From a virus (Duplodnaviria; Caudoviricetes): a DNA stretch of 60,099 nucleotides. Positions 25,095 to 33,183 of this stretch are shown here, one piece after another. Positions within the stretch are counted from its first letter, which is position 1; every line of letters begins with the position of its first letter. The position numbers and the translations under genes were made by a program. The stretch lies in the IMG/VR virus record IMGVR_UViG_3300020181_000001, positions 1 through 60,099 of that record. The stretch is one strand, 5' to 3'. The notes under the pieces are model-generated. The model was not told the DNA's origin, did no database searches, and saw only the letters and a list, made by a program, of their open reading frames with translations.

Positions 25095-25198
25095 GGCGAA
25101 ACTCCTGTCAGTCTAGAAAGAAACTCTAACACACCCCAGGTCAAGAAAAAGACAAAAATCATGCCTAAAATCAAGGCCGCACACCCATCGGCGTCCAT
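25091..25198 (-). CDS. Single-pass membrane microprotein (35 aa)
   Basis: GAGGAG RBS; MDADGCAALILGMIFVFFLTWGVLEFLSRLTGVSP; ATGA overlap. Confidence 0.55.
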   Translation of the reverse strand: MDADGCAALILGMIFVFFLTWGVLEFLSRLTGVSP

Positions 25199-25200
25199 GA

Positions 25201-25554
25201 TTAGCTCTGCTCCTCTTCCGTTACCACACGGGCAAACAGATTGAACACCGTACGACGTCGCGTTGATTCAGGGCTATCCCAGCTGCCTGACTCATCACCA
25301 GGGATATAGCGCATTTCAGTTTCCAGCCGATGGGCCATATTATGTAAAGCAGCCTCACCCTTGAGGAGCTGGACGAAACGGTTGAATTCCATTTGAGTAA
25401 AAGCAAAATGAGGCTTCCATGTCGAATCGGTCTTGATCAGCGCCCACTTACCAGGCTCAACCATAAGTTGCTTGATGCAGTCGTAAGCCTGCTGTGAATG
25501 TGTGGTCAAGCGCTCTTGACCCATCTCCGGAGGAATCTCCTCGTAAAACTTCAT
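25201..25554 (-). CDS. Hypothetical protein
   Basis: ATGA overlap and RBS. Confidence 0.65.
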   Translation of the reverse strand: MKFYEEIPPEMGQERLTTHSQQAYDCIKQLMVEPGKWALIKTDSTWKPHFAFTQMEFNRFVQLLKGEAALHNMAHRLETEMRYIPGDESGSWDSPESTRRRTVFNLFARVVTEEEQS

Positions 25555-25880
25555 ACCGGATATACCTCTCCGTTAGGCCCTTCAATAACTTGCATGCCCG
25601 CACGTGTCTTGATGTCGTTACGGATCTCTTCGGTAACTTCACGTACTTCGCGACATTGCGCGCATCCATCTTCGTGTTCACGTAGACGCGCCTCAGCTTG
25701 ACGGACGTCTTCCCTCAGCTCACGGATATCAGCTAAAAGTCTGCTTCGCACACTCTCTTTACGTGTTGCGCTAGTACGAGAGGCTGCGTTGCGTATCGCT
25801 CCCTCATCGTGACTGATACTGGCTTTGATGACTCCACCGGTCACGCATCTCTTCATCTCACACCCTCGTTTCATGGTCAC
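25551..25880 (-). CDS. Hypothetical coiled-coil protein with HxxxCxxC
   Basis: First gene after the 25901-25951 promoter. Confidence 0.6.
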   Translation of the reverse strand: MTMKRGCEMKRCVTGGVIKASISHDEGAIRNAASRTSATRKESVRSRLLADIRELREDVRQAEARLREHEDGCAQCREVREVTEEIRNDIKTRAGMQVIEGPNGEVYPV

Positions 25881-25900
25881 AGGCTACTCTCAGAGCCCTC

Positions 25901-25951
25901 ACCCTACCTCACCCCTTCTCCTCTCACCAGACACCGTGACCCAACCGTTAC
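25901..25951 (-). promoter_or_regulatory. Promoter with GTnAC box
   Basis: GTAAC-GGTTGG-GTCAC, 6 bp, TGGTGA-17-TAGGGT. Confidence 0.75.
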
Positions 25952-26250
25952 ATCTCACTGAGCAGAGAGTCCCCTGTGAAACCCACAGTGCAAACCGCCC
26001 CGGAGGAGGCGGGTAGGCGCGTGAGGGTGGCAGGGAGGCGTCTGATCTGTGCGTTCATGATCCACTCAGAGACCGTCAAGGGTCCTGTCAAGTGCTTCCT
26101 GACCTGCACTTTTACACTACCTCTTGACACCGTATGATACAATCAGAGTAGCGTGCTCGCCACCCGGGTCCGTCCCGGCCCTTGGGCGTTGCTGCTACAT
26201 CTGATGTATTCATAGGTATACCACCCATAGGCGGACTTAGCCATAGTGGA

Positions 26251-26874
26251 CTACTTGCGCTTACGCCATACCCCGTTATCACCCCGTACAGCCACAAGAC
26301 CAGAGGGGTACTTTTCTGATGGAGGTATAAACCGGGTAACACGTCCCCCCGGCTCCTTAACTTCAATGGTTGAGCCTTCAGGGAAAAAGCCCTTAATCCA
26401 GCCTTGTGTACGGTGAGCTTCCCCATAAGGCAGTTGATTAGTGTAAGGGTCGGAGTACAGGAACACCTCAGGACGTGTAGGAATACCCTCAGTGTCGTAC
26501 TCCTCGTCTGCCGGGTAGCTGTTACCCCAGTCAGGGTTAGCGTCGATCCAGGCATTCCACTTCACCAGCTGTTCATACTTCAGGTAGTACTTCACTCCCC
26601 TGGCACGCTTGCTACGCACAGAGGCTACTGTCTTGGTTACTAACCCCCCATTGGCTAGAGCACCTAGGGTGATGTTCAGGTAATACATGCCTGTCTCATC
26701 TTGTCCATGCTGTTCAAGATGAGCGTTAGCAACACCTAAAAGTTCTTTGACCCCCATGTGTGGGGCCATGTACTTCCCGTCGGGGTCAGCGTTGTTATTA
26801 CTTAAGCAGTCGAGAACCCCCCGCACTACTAGCACTGCTTTACCCCTGACCTCTTCATACGCCTCATATGCCAT
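26251..26874 (-). CDS. Putative winged-helix DNA-binding protein
   Basis: ITLGALANGGLVTK...RGVKYYL helix-wing pattern; sits at the divergence point of the two arms. Confidence 0.55.
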   Translation of the reverse strand: MAYEAYEEVRGKAVLVVRGVLDCLSNNNADPDGKYMAPHMGVKELLGVANAHLEQHGQDETGMYYLNITLGALANGGLVTKTVASVRSKRARGVKYYLKYEQLVKWNAWIDANPDWGNSYPADEEYDTEGIPTRPEVFLYSDPYTNQLPYGEAHRTQGWIKGFFPEGSTIEVKEPGGRVTRFIPPSEKYPSGLVAVRGDNGVWRKRK

Positions 26875-27029
26875 GTCTTAAGCCTCTCTAAGTCCTCACT
26901 AGTCCAGCATCTTCAGACTACCAGACTCTGTCAATGGCCTCTGACCAGGGCCGTCAAGGATCAGACCAGCTCACTTGACAGACCCTGTACTCTGATGAGG
27001 TACGGTCCAATCCGAGGAGGAGAGTAGTC

Positions 27030-27275
27030 ATGTGTGATAACCGGGATGTTGCTGTTGCTCAGTCGAGTCCTTCCAAGATCGCGGTACTGTCTGAAATCGT
27101 TCATGAGATCAGGCAGCTTGAGGAAGAGATTGCTAAACTGAAGAAGCAGTTGAGGAATGACTTTAGCCTTTACAGCCTAGATGATGCCAGCGCCAAGGTT
27201 CGTGAATATGAGAACGCGAGTAAGTTCGTAGCGAGGATGAATGCTCCGTTCTCTCCAGATGACAATGAGGACTAA
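27030..27275 (+). CDS. Hypothetical coiled-coil protein
   Basis: GAGGAGG RBS; first gene of the plus-strand arm. Confidence 0.65.
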   Translation: MCDNRDVAVAQSSPSKIAVLSEIVHEIRQLEEEIAKLKKQLRNDFSLYSLDDASAKVREYENASKFVARMNAPFSPDDNED

Positions 27276-27287
27276 GGAGGTCAGTAC

Positions 27288-29474
27288 GTGGAATCCGATC
27301 CGCGCACTAAACCCCCGAAAGCTCTGAACGCACAAGAGCAATACTCTGTACTGCGCGAGATTTGGGGTACCACACAACTCGTCAAGGGTGAGGTGTCTTA
27401 TGTAGGCATGGGCGTGATGGACCCTGACAAGCCTCTGCTGGCTCGTAACGGGCACCGTAGATTCAACGATCAGCGCGCATTCGCATGGCCCGAGGAGGGG
27501 CCTCAGGTTCTCGCATACCTCAAGGAGCATCGTGGCAAAGATCTTTACTTTACAGCTAATCAATTTGCCGAAAAGGGACGCGCAAAGAGTAGTGCGCGCG
27601 CTGAACGTGCCCTATGGGCAGACTTGGATGGGGCAGATCCACGCAAAGGCCTGCTTCGGCAGTTCGCGCCTACAATTGCATGGGAAACTTCCCCGGGGTC
27701 GTTCCAAGCTGTATGGGTCCTCGAAGATCACGATACGAGTTCCAATCAAGTCCTCTCGGATTCAGGTGGACTCAATCAAAGGCTCAACTACGCGGTTGGA
27801 GCTGACAAGGGTGGTTGGGCAAGCAACAAGTACCTTCGTGTTCCGGGGTCTCTCAACTGCAAACCTGAGTACCTGGAATCTAACGGGGGTAACCCGTACA
27901 AAGGCAGGTTACTTTGGAGGCGTTATCGTACGTGGCTAGTCGATGAGTTCGACGGCCTACCTGAGCTGTCCGTAAAGGACGTTGCGGATATCTCCAACGC
28001 CACAGGTGAAATGATCGATGCCATTAACCGTGTGGAAGTGTGGAACCGTGTGCGTATGCGTGTCTCCAAGCGCATCCGTGAGTTCATGGCGCTCCGCACT
28101 GAAGACCAGGTAGACGACGCCGCAGGGGCACAGCCAGAGGGCAAGAGTGGTGTCCTGTGGGAGATCGAACGCGAGTTGGCCGACGCGGGCTGTAGCGCGG
28201 TGGAGATCGTAGCCATCGTCAAGCGTACGCACTGGAACAAGTTCGCCGGTCGTTCCAATGAGATCACACAATTGTTGCGTGAGGCTGCCAAAGCCATCTC
28301 CATGAAGCCGGAGACGGAAGAGGCTCTTGAGTTCGAGGCAGAAGACGATACTGTCCTGCCTACTACACTGACGTCCTTTCAGGACCTTCAGCGTAAACCA
28401 CGTGTGCCGGTCAAATGGCTGATCAAAGACATCTGGCCTGAAGGTGCATGTGGATTCATCTCCGGCGTACCCAAGAGCTACAAGTCTTTCACAGCACTGG
28501 ATTTTGCTTTCAGTATCGTATCCGGTCACCCTTTCTTGGGTGAGTTCCCGGTGTCCACACGAGGACCGGTTCTGCTGATTGAGGAAGAGGACAACGAAGC
28601 GCTGATCGTTGACCGTGGAGAGAGGATTATCAATGGTAAAGACTCGCGATATGACTCGTTCGGTCATCTGTCCTATGAGAACGGGGAAGTATGGCACACC
28701 CCACAGACACGTGATCTGTCAGCGTTTAAAGTTCAGGTGCATGCTGGCTTCACGTCTTCAGAATCGCGCTGGCATGACTGGCTTGAAGCGCAGATCCAAG
28801 AGCACGAACTCAAATGCGTCATCATCGACACGCTCGGCACTACGCTTGGAATGGTTGATTCTTACAAATCGGACGAGATGAACAGAAAGATCCTTCGGCC
28901 GCTCAAGCAACTGTCCACAAAGTACAATTGCGCTATCATCATCATTCACCACGTGCGGAAAGCCAACGCGGGAGCAGACGGGAAGACAGACGCGCGTCAC
29001 GGGCAGGACATGATGGGCGCTCAGGCCCTTCACGCGTGGGTAGAGGCTTCGCTGTACGTGTACGACAAGCGCGAGCAGGTCGGACAGCCTGCCGTCATCT
29101 ACGTAGCGCGTGAGACTAAGATGGAGACTGAGTTGAAGTTTTCCGTCAAGATTCCACACATGGACAACGAGAGTAATCCTCTGTGGCGTCCTGAGGTCAA
29201 TCGTGCGCTCATGGACAACGTAGGGATCGAGCAAGCGGCACAGCGTGAAGTGTCAGGCACCCAACGACGGAACCGAGCCGGTACGGGCGGAGCAAAGATC
29301 TCTGAAGTCTTGCGTACGCTGGGAGCGACCAATGGCCGCGTGGCACTCTTGGCTGACCTTATCTCGATCACAGGAACGAGTAAGCAGAATATCAGTGAAC
29401 AATTAGCACGGGCTGTGAAGAACGGTCACGTGGTGGGTAACGCCGGATCAGGATGGACGGTAATGACGACATGA
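27288..29474 (+). CDS. Primase-helicase (RepB'-type AEP primase, RecA-like AAA_25 helicase, C-terminal HTH)
   Basis: LWADLD, ETSPG.FQAVW, LRVPG; Walker A GVPKSYKS, IIDT, IIHHVRK. Confidence 0.9.
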   Translation: MESDPRTKPPKALNAQEQYSVLREIWGTTQLVKGEVSYVGMGVMDPDKPLLARNGHRRFNDQRAFAWPEEGPQVLAYLKEHRGKDLYFTANQFAEKGRAKSSARAERALWADLDGADPRKGLLRQFAPTIAWETSPGSFQAVWVLEDHDTSSNQVLSDSGGLNQRLNYAVGADKGGWASNKYLRVPGSLNCKPEYLESNGGNPYKGRLLWRRYRTWLVDEFDGLPELSVKDVADISNATGEMIDAINRVEVWNRVRMRVSKRIREFMALRTEDQVDDAAGAQPEGKSGVLWEIERELADAGCSAVEIVAIVKRTHWNKFAGRSNEITQLLREAAKAISMKPETEEALEFEAEDDTVLPTTLTSFQDLQRKPRVPVKWLIKDIWPEGACGFISGVPKSYKSFTALDFAFSIVSGHPFLGEFPVSTRGPVLLIEEEDNEALIVDRGERIINGKDSRYDSFGHLSYENGEVWHTPQTRDLSAFKVQVHAGFTSSESRWHDWLEAQIQEHELKCVIIDTLGTTLGMVDSYKSDEMNRKILRPLKQLSTKYNCAIIIIHHVRKANAGADGKTDARHGQDMMGAQALHAWVEASLYVYDKREQVGQPAVIYVARETKMETELKFSVKIPHMDNESNPLWRPEVNRALMDNVGIEQAAQREVSGTQRRNRAGTGGAKISEVLRTLGATNGRVALLADLISITGTSKQNISEQLARAVKNGHVVGNAGSGWTVMTT

Positions 29475-30031
29475 CCACCCGACGCGCACACAACTTCAAT
29501 CCCCCTACGTTGAAAGAGCTTCTTAAAGACCCTCTGTATCGACAGATGTTCATCAGACCTATTATCCAACCAGGAAAAAATCCATGGGCTGTTTATGCTT
29601 TGAAAAACAATGGTCGATGGGTGGGTAAAGTATTCCCTGACTATATTCAAGCATTTGAAATGGTAAAAATCATCATTTCACAAATGAATGACGCACACTA
29701 CGTAGACGTGTCTATTGTCTCTCGTGCATCATTGCATTCACCACCAGTGAAATATATGTGGCAGACGTCCAAGTTCGATTGGTGTGGGCGGTGTCGTCGG
29801 CCTACCACGTTCAAGCGTGATCAGGGTTTACATGCTCTTCGGGGTGCAGTCATCCTGACAACAGATGAAGCATTCCGTTGCTTTTACTGTGGGATGAGGA
29901 AAGCCGGACAGCCTGACTACAAGCCGATCAGGTACACTCAGGCTGAACTGGACGCAATGGCAAAGGCAGGAGAAGAGTATGACCAGCCCACACGAGGACG
30001 ACGAACACGAAGTAAAACCCCTCAAGCATGA
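29453..30031 (+). CDS. Hypothetical Zn-binding protein
   Basis: WCGRCRRP...RCFYCG. Confidence 0.65.
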   Translation: MDGNDDMTTRRAHNFNPPTLKELLKDPLYRQMFIRPIIQPGKNPWAVYALKNNGRWVGKVFPDYIQAFEMVKIIISQMNDAHYVDVSIVSRASLHSPPVKYMWQTSKFDWCGRCRRPTTFKRDQGLHALRGAVILTTDEAFRCFYCGMRKAGQPDYKPIRYTQAELDAMAKAGEEYDQPTRGRRTRSKTPQA

Positions 30032-30212
30032 TTGCCATTGCTGTAGCTGTTCAGAGGATGAATGGGTTGATCCACAGTGCCGAAGTCATGGCAGTCATGG
30101 GCTACGTGCATGTGCTGAGCATGGTTCTCTCCCTGTACGCTGCGGAACAACGATGTGTGACGACCCTGCCAATTGTCCGGGCAACACTGACCTAGGGCTG
30201 AGACCTTTATGA
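29979..30212 (+). CDS. Cys/His-rich small protein
   Basis: Nine Cys; ATGA coupling to the next ORF. Confidence 0.5.
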   Translation: MTSPHEDDEHEVKPLKHDCHCCSCSEDEWVDPQCRSHGSHGLRACAEHGSLPVRCGTTMCDDPANCPGNTDLGLRPL

Positions 30213-30374
30213 GACGCATCCGTCGATTGGTCTATGTTTACGGCACACGAAAGGACGGCTATCAATGGAACTGCCGACGCTGCCATGGACAACTCTGGTA
30301 CCATAGATGGAATGACTGTCAGACAGGAGCAAGAGATCATGTCCGTAAACACGAGACGGTAGGGTTCAGACCTC

Positions 30375-31958
30375 ATGGGCTACAAGTGGAAAACGCGCCC
30401 ATACAAACATCAGGTGCGCGCGGTCAAGAAAGCATTGAAGCTGGGAACCCACATCGCCCTATTGATGGAACCGCGCACAGGCAAGACGAAAACCACGATC
30501 GACATCTTATCGATTCTGGCGCAACAGGGGAAGATTCGAAAAGCACTCATCGTCTGTCCGGCGAGAGTCATGGACGTGTGGGCGGTAGAGTTCGCGGCAC
30601 ACTCACCAGTGAATCACCAGGTCATCATCTGGGATGCAGAAGAGAGGAAACGTGGGCTCCCATCACCTGACATGCCCGGATACCTTGATCTCCAAGTTGT
30701 GGTCACTAATTACGAAGCCTTCTCCACACCAGGGCGTAAGCTTCCCAACGGTCGTAGGTCTCAGCGCACGGGACGCTTCAAGGTACGTAACCAGATCAAG
30801 CAGTGGATTGGAAAAGACGCCGCCGCTGGAGTGCTTGACGAATCTCACAAGATTAAATCCCCATCAGGTAAAGCAGCAACTATGCTCGTTAGTATGCGAT
30901 CATTGTTCGTCTTTCATGCTATCCTTACAGGAACACCCGTCACTAAAGCTAACCGTGTGCACGATGCATACATGCAGTGGAAGTATGTAGCACCTGAGCG
31001 ATTCGCAGATTTACCGGATGCTCTCGCGTTCAAACAGAATTATGGGCGCTGGATCAACTCCAATGGATACGACCAATGGACCGGCCCCCGTAACATGGAT
31101 GACTTCCGCACGCGCATCCACGCTGACTCATTCGCCGTCCGGCGAGACGAGTGCTTTGATCTCCCTGAGGTGGACACTCAGATCATTGACGTAAAGCTTG
31201 GTCCATCTACGGCCAGGGCGTACAAAGAGATGGCTGAGGAAATGATTACCACATGGGAGTTCGAGGAGGCTCTACGCGTCAAGGCGAACAAGAAGCGCAC
31301 CTATTGTATGAACAAGTTCGAGGAAACCGGAGACAAGCGCTGGAAAGAGAAGGCCAATGAGTTCAAGCTCGAAGCAGACAGTCACACCATTGAAGCGTCT
31401 ATTAAACTCGTCCAATCATTACGCTTGGCTCAGATCACTTCTGGCTGTGCAACAACAGATGAAGGGGAGGTCATTCGAATTGGAAATGAGAAAGTCAAAG
31501 CGCTCGAAGAATTGGTTGAATACTACAAAGAAGTGGATGAAAAAGTCGTGGTCGCTGCTCGGTTTAAGAGTGATCTTGATGCTATCGCCCTATTGGGAAC
31601 CCGTTTTGGGCTACCAGTGTTCCAATTGCGCGGCGGGGTATCTCGAACTGAGTCCACAAGGAATATCGAATCTTTTAAGAGGCTTGACGGAGCTGGATTG
31701 TTCGTCATGCAACCACAAAGCGGTTCCCTTGGTATTGACCTGAGCACCGCACGACACATGGTGTGGTTCAGCTTGGTACCCAGCTTCGTTGACTTCAGTC
31801 AGTCGAATGACCGAATCGCGTTGAGCAAGAAGTCGCGCACGTACACTTACCTGTTGGTGCCGGGATCAATTGATACCATCATGTTTGAGGCATTGCAGAG
31901 TGACAAAGAGGTAGCGGATTATGTGACCAGCCGACCGGACAGATTGCGCTTGAAGTAG
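30375..31958 (+). CDS. SNF2-family (SF2) helicase
   Basis: PYKHQ, EPRTGKT, DESH, LTGTP, GIDL and QSNDRI motifs. Confidence 0.92.
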   Translation: MGYKWKTRPYKHQVRAVKKALKLGTHIALLMEPRTGKTKTTIDILSILAQQGKIRKALIVCPARVMDVWAVEFAAHSPVNHQVIIWDAEERKRGLPSPDMPGYLDLQVVVTNYEAFSTPGRKLPNGRRSQRTGRFKVRNQIKQWIGKDAAAGVLDESHKIKSPSGKAATMLVSMRSLFVFHAILTGTPVTKANRVHDAYMQWKYVAPERFADLPDALAFKQNYGRWINSNGYDQWTGPRNMDDFRTRIHADSFAVRRDECFDLPEVDTQIIDVKLGPSTARAYKEMAEEMITTWEFEEALRVKANKKRTYCMNKFEETGDKRWKEKANEFKLEADSHTIEASIKLVQSLRLAQITSGCATTDEGEVIRIGNEKVKALEELVEYYKEVDEKVVVAARFKSDLDAIALLGTRFGLPVFQLRGGVSRTESTRNIESFKRLDGAGLFVMQPQSGSLGIDLSTARHMVWFSLVPSFVDFSQSNDRIALSKKSRTYTYLLVPGSIDTIMFEALQSDKEVADYVTSRPDRLRLK

Positions 31959-31997
31959 TAATCTGGTACACTGGATCAACTGACCTGAGGAGGCCAG

Positions 31998-32399
31998 ATG
32001 TGCACTGACTGTGCTCCACCTTTACTGACACAGCAAGAAATGGTAGAAGAGTTTTATGTGAAAGCAAAGCATGAGCCTACTTTACCGTTAGCACGTGCTT
32101 TGTTGCTGGAAGAATTAGGTGAGTTATCAGACGCTTTGTATGAGGCTGAGACCCGTTATCGTTCTATTGAATTCACAACTATTGAAGAGCGCGTAGCTGT
32201 CATAAAGGAAATGGCAGATGTTATTTATACCTTATACGGATTCGCTCGAAAGTTTGGGGTTGATTTGGATGAGGCTGTTCGCCGTGTGCATGCGTCTAAC
32301 ATGTCCAAGTTCAATACTGATGGCACAGTAAGTATGAATGCCGAAGGTAAAATCATCAAGGGACTGAACTATAAGGAGCCTGATCTCAGTGACCTCTAA
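31998..32399 (+). CDS. MazG-like nucleotide pyrophosphohydrolase (dimeric dUTPase/PRA-PH-like)
   Basis: LLEELGEL...KEMADVIY...VHASNMSK...GKIIKG.NY.EPDL. Confidence 0.88.
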   Translation: MCTDCAPPLLTQQEMVEEFYVKAKHEPTLPLARALLLEELGELSDALYEAETRYRSIEFTTIEERVAVIKEMADVIYTLYGFARKFGVDLDEAVRRVHASNMSKFNTDGTVSMNAEGKIIKGLNYKEPDLSDL

Positions 32400-32530
32400 T
32401 GAAAAGCTAGAAGCTATTAAAACCATTTTAGACCCTGATGGGGATGGAGTCTATGTCTTTGACGATCCGTATACAGGGGATGCAGGCCGTATTGAGCAAG
32501 TTTGTGAGCTACTTGGTTTGAGGACAGCTA

Positions 32531-33037
32531 ATGACTAGACCTAGTGAGCACGAAGTCTGTATGGACTATGCGCGCAATGCGGCACGACGGGGGACATGCT
32601 CACGTCTCCAGGTCGGTGCAGTCATCACCGTATCCGGACGCTTGATCTCCTCTGGCTACAACGGAGTGCCCTCAAAGATCGAGCACTGTGACCACACATG
32701 CGCATGCCGATTCAAAGGTCAAGGCTTTGATGAAGAGACATTACACCCGCGCTACCATGAGGAAGGGTGTCCCGCTGGCCCCTGTCGAGCCAGTGTTCAC
32801 GCTGAGGCTAACGCTATCGCGTTTGCTGCTCGATACGGAGTGTCCACACAGGACTCTACAATGTATGTGACTCATGCGCCTTGTCTCGATTGTGCCAAAC
32901 TGATCATCAACGCAGGGATCACACATGTAATTTGGGCTGACCCATACCGACAGATTGATGGTATTGCACTTCTAGGTGAAGCTGGTCTTTGGAATGACAG
33001 CCTCGCAGTTGCTCTAGAGGTAGGTGTTACTAAATAA
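32531..33037 (+). CDS. dCMP deaminase
   Basis: CSRLQVGAVI, GYNG, HAEANAI, PCLDC. Confidence 0.93.
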   Translation: MTRPSEHEVCMDYARNAARRGTCSRLQVGAVITVSGRLISSGYNGVPSKIEHCDHTCACRFKGQGFDEETLHPRYHEEGCPAGPCRASVHAEANAIAFAARYGVSTQDSTMYVTHAPCLDCAKLIINAGITHVIWADPYRQIDGIALLGEAGLWNDSLAVALEVGVTK

Positions 33038-33183
33038 TGACAGAGCCACGCCCTGATCCTGCAAAGGAGCCTGAAGCTTATCTAGCATGGTGTAAGAAGA
33101 TGTTTCATGGTGATTGGTGGGGTACAGGCCGCTGTGAATGTGGAACCTGTTGCGGAGTCTTAGGATGTGACACATGCGCATGA
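33037..33183 (+). CDS. Cys-rich microprotein (48 aa)
   Basis: TAATG coupling; ...CECGTCCGVLGCDTCA. Confidence 0.5.
   Translation: MTEPRPDPAKEPEAYLAWCKKMFHGDWWGTGRCECGTCCGVLGCDTCA

Noticed and set aside
25110-25145. Additional compressed promoter TTGACC-N10-TAGAGT
   Set aside because: It lies within a plausible small membrane ORF and its spacing differs from the other cases.
26990-27020. Hammerhead ribozyme (CTGATGAG)
   Set aside because: There is no downstream stem-GAAA core; the sequence is a promoter/RBS region.
26251-27030. Lysogeny switch or temperate lifestyle
   Set aside because: The layout is divergent, but no integrase, ParAB or CI-like repressor was recognised.
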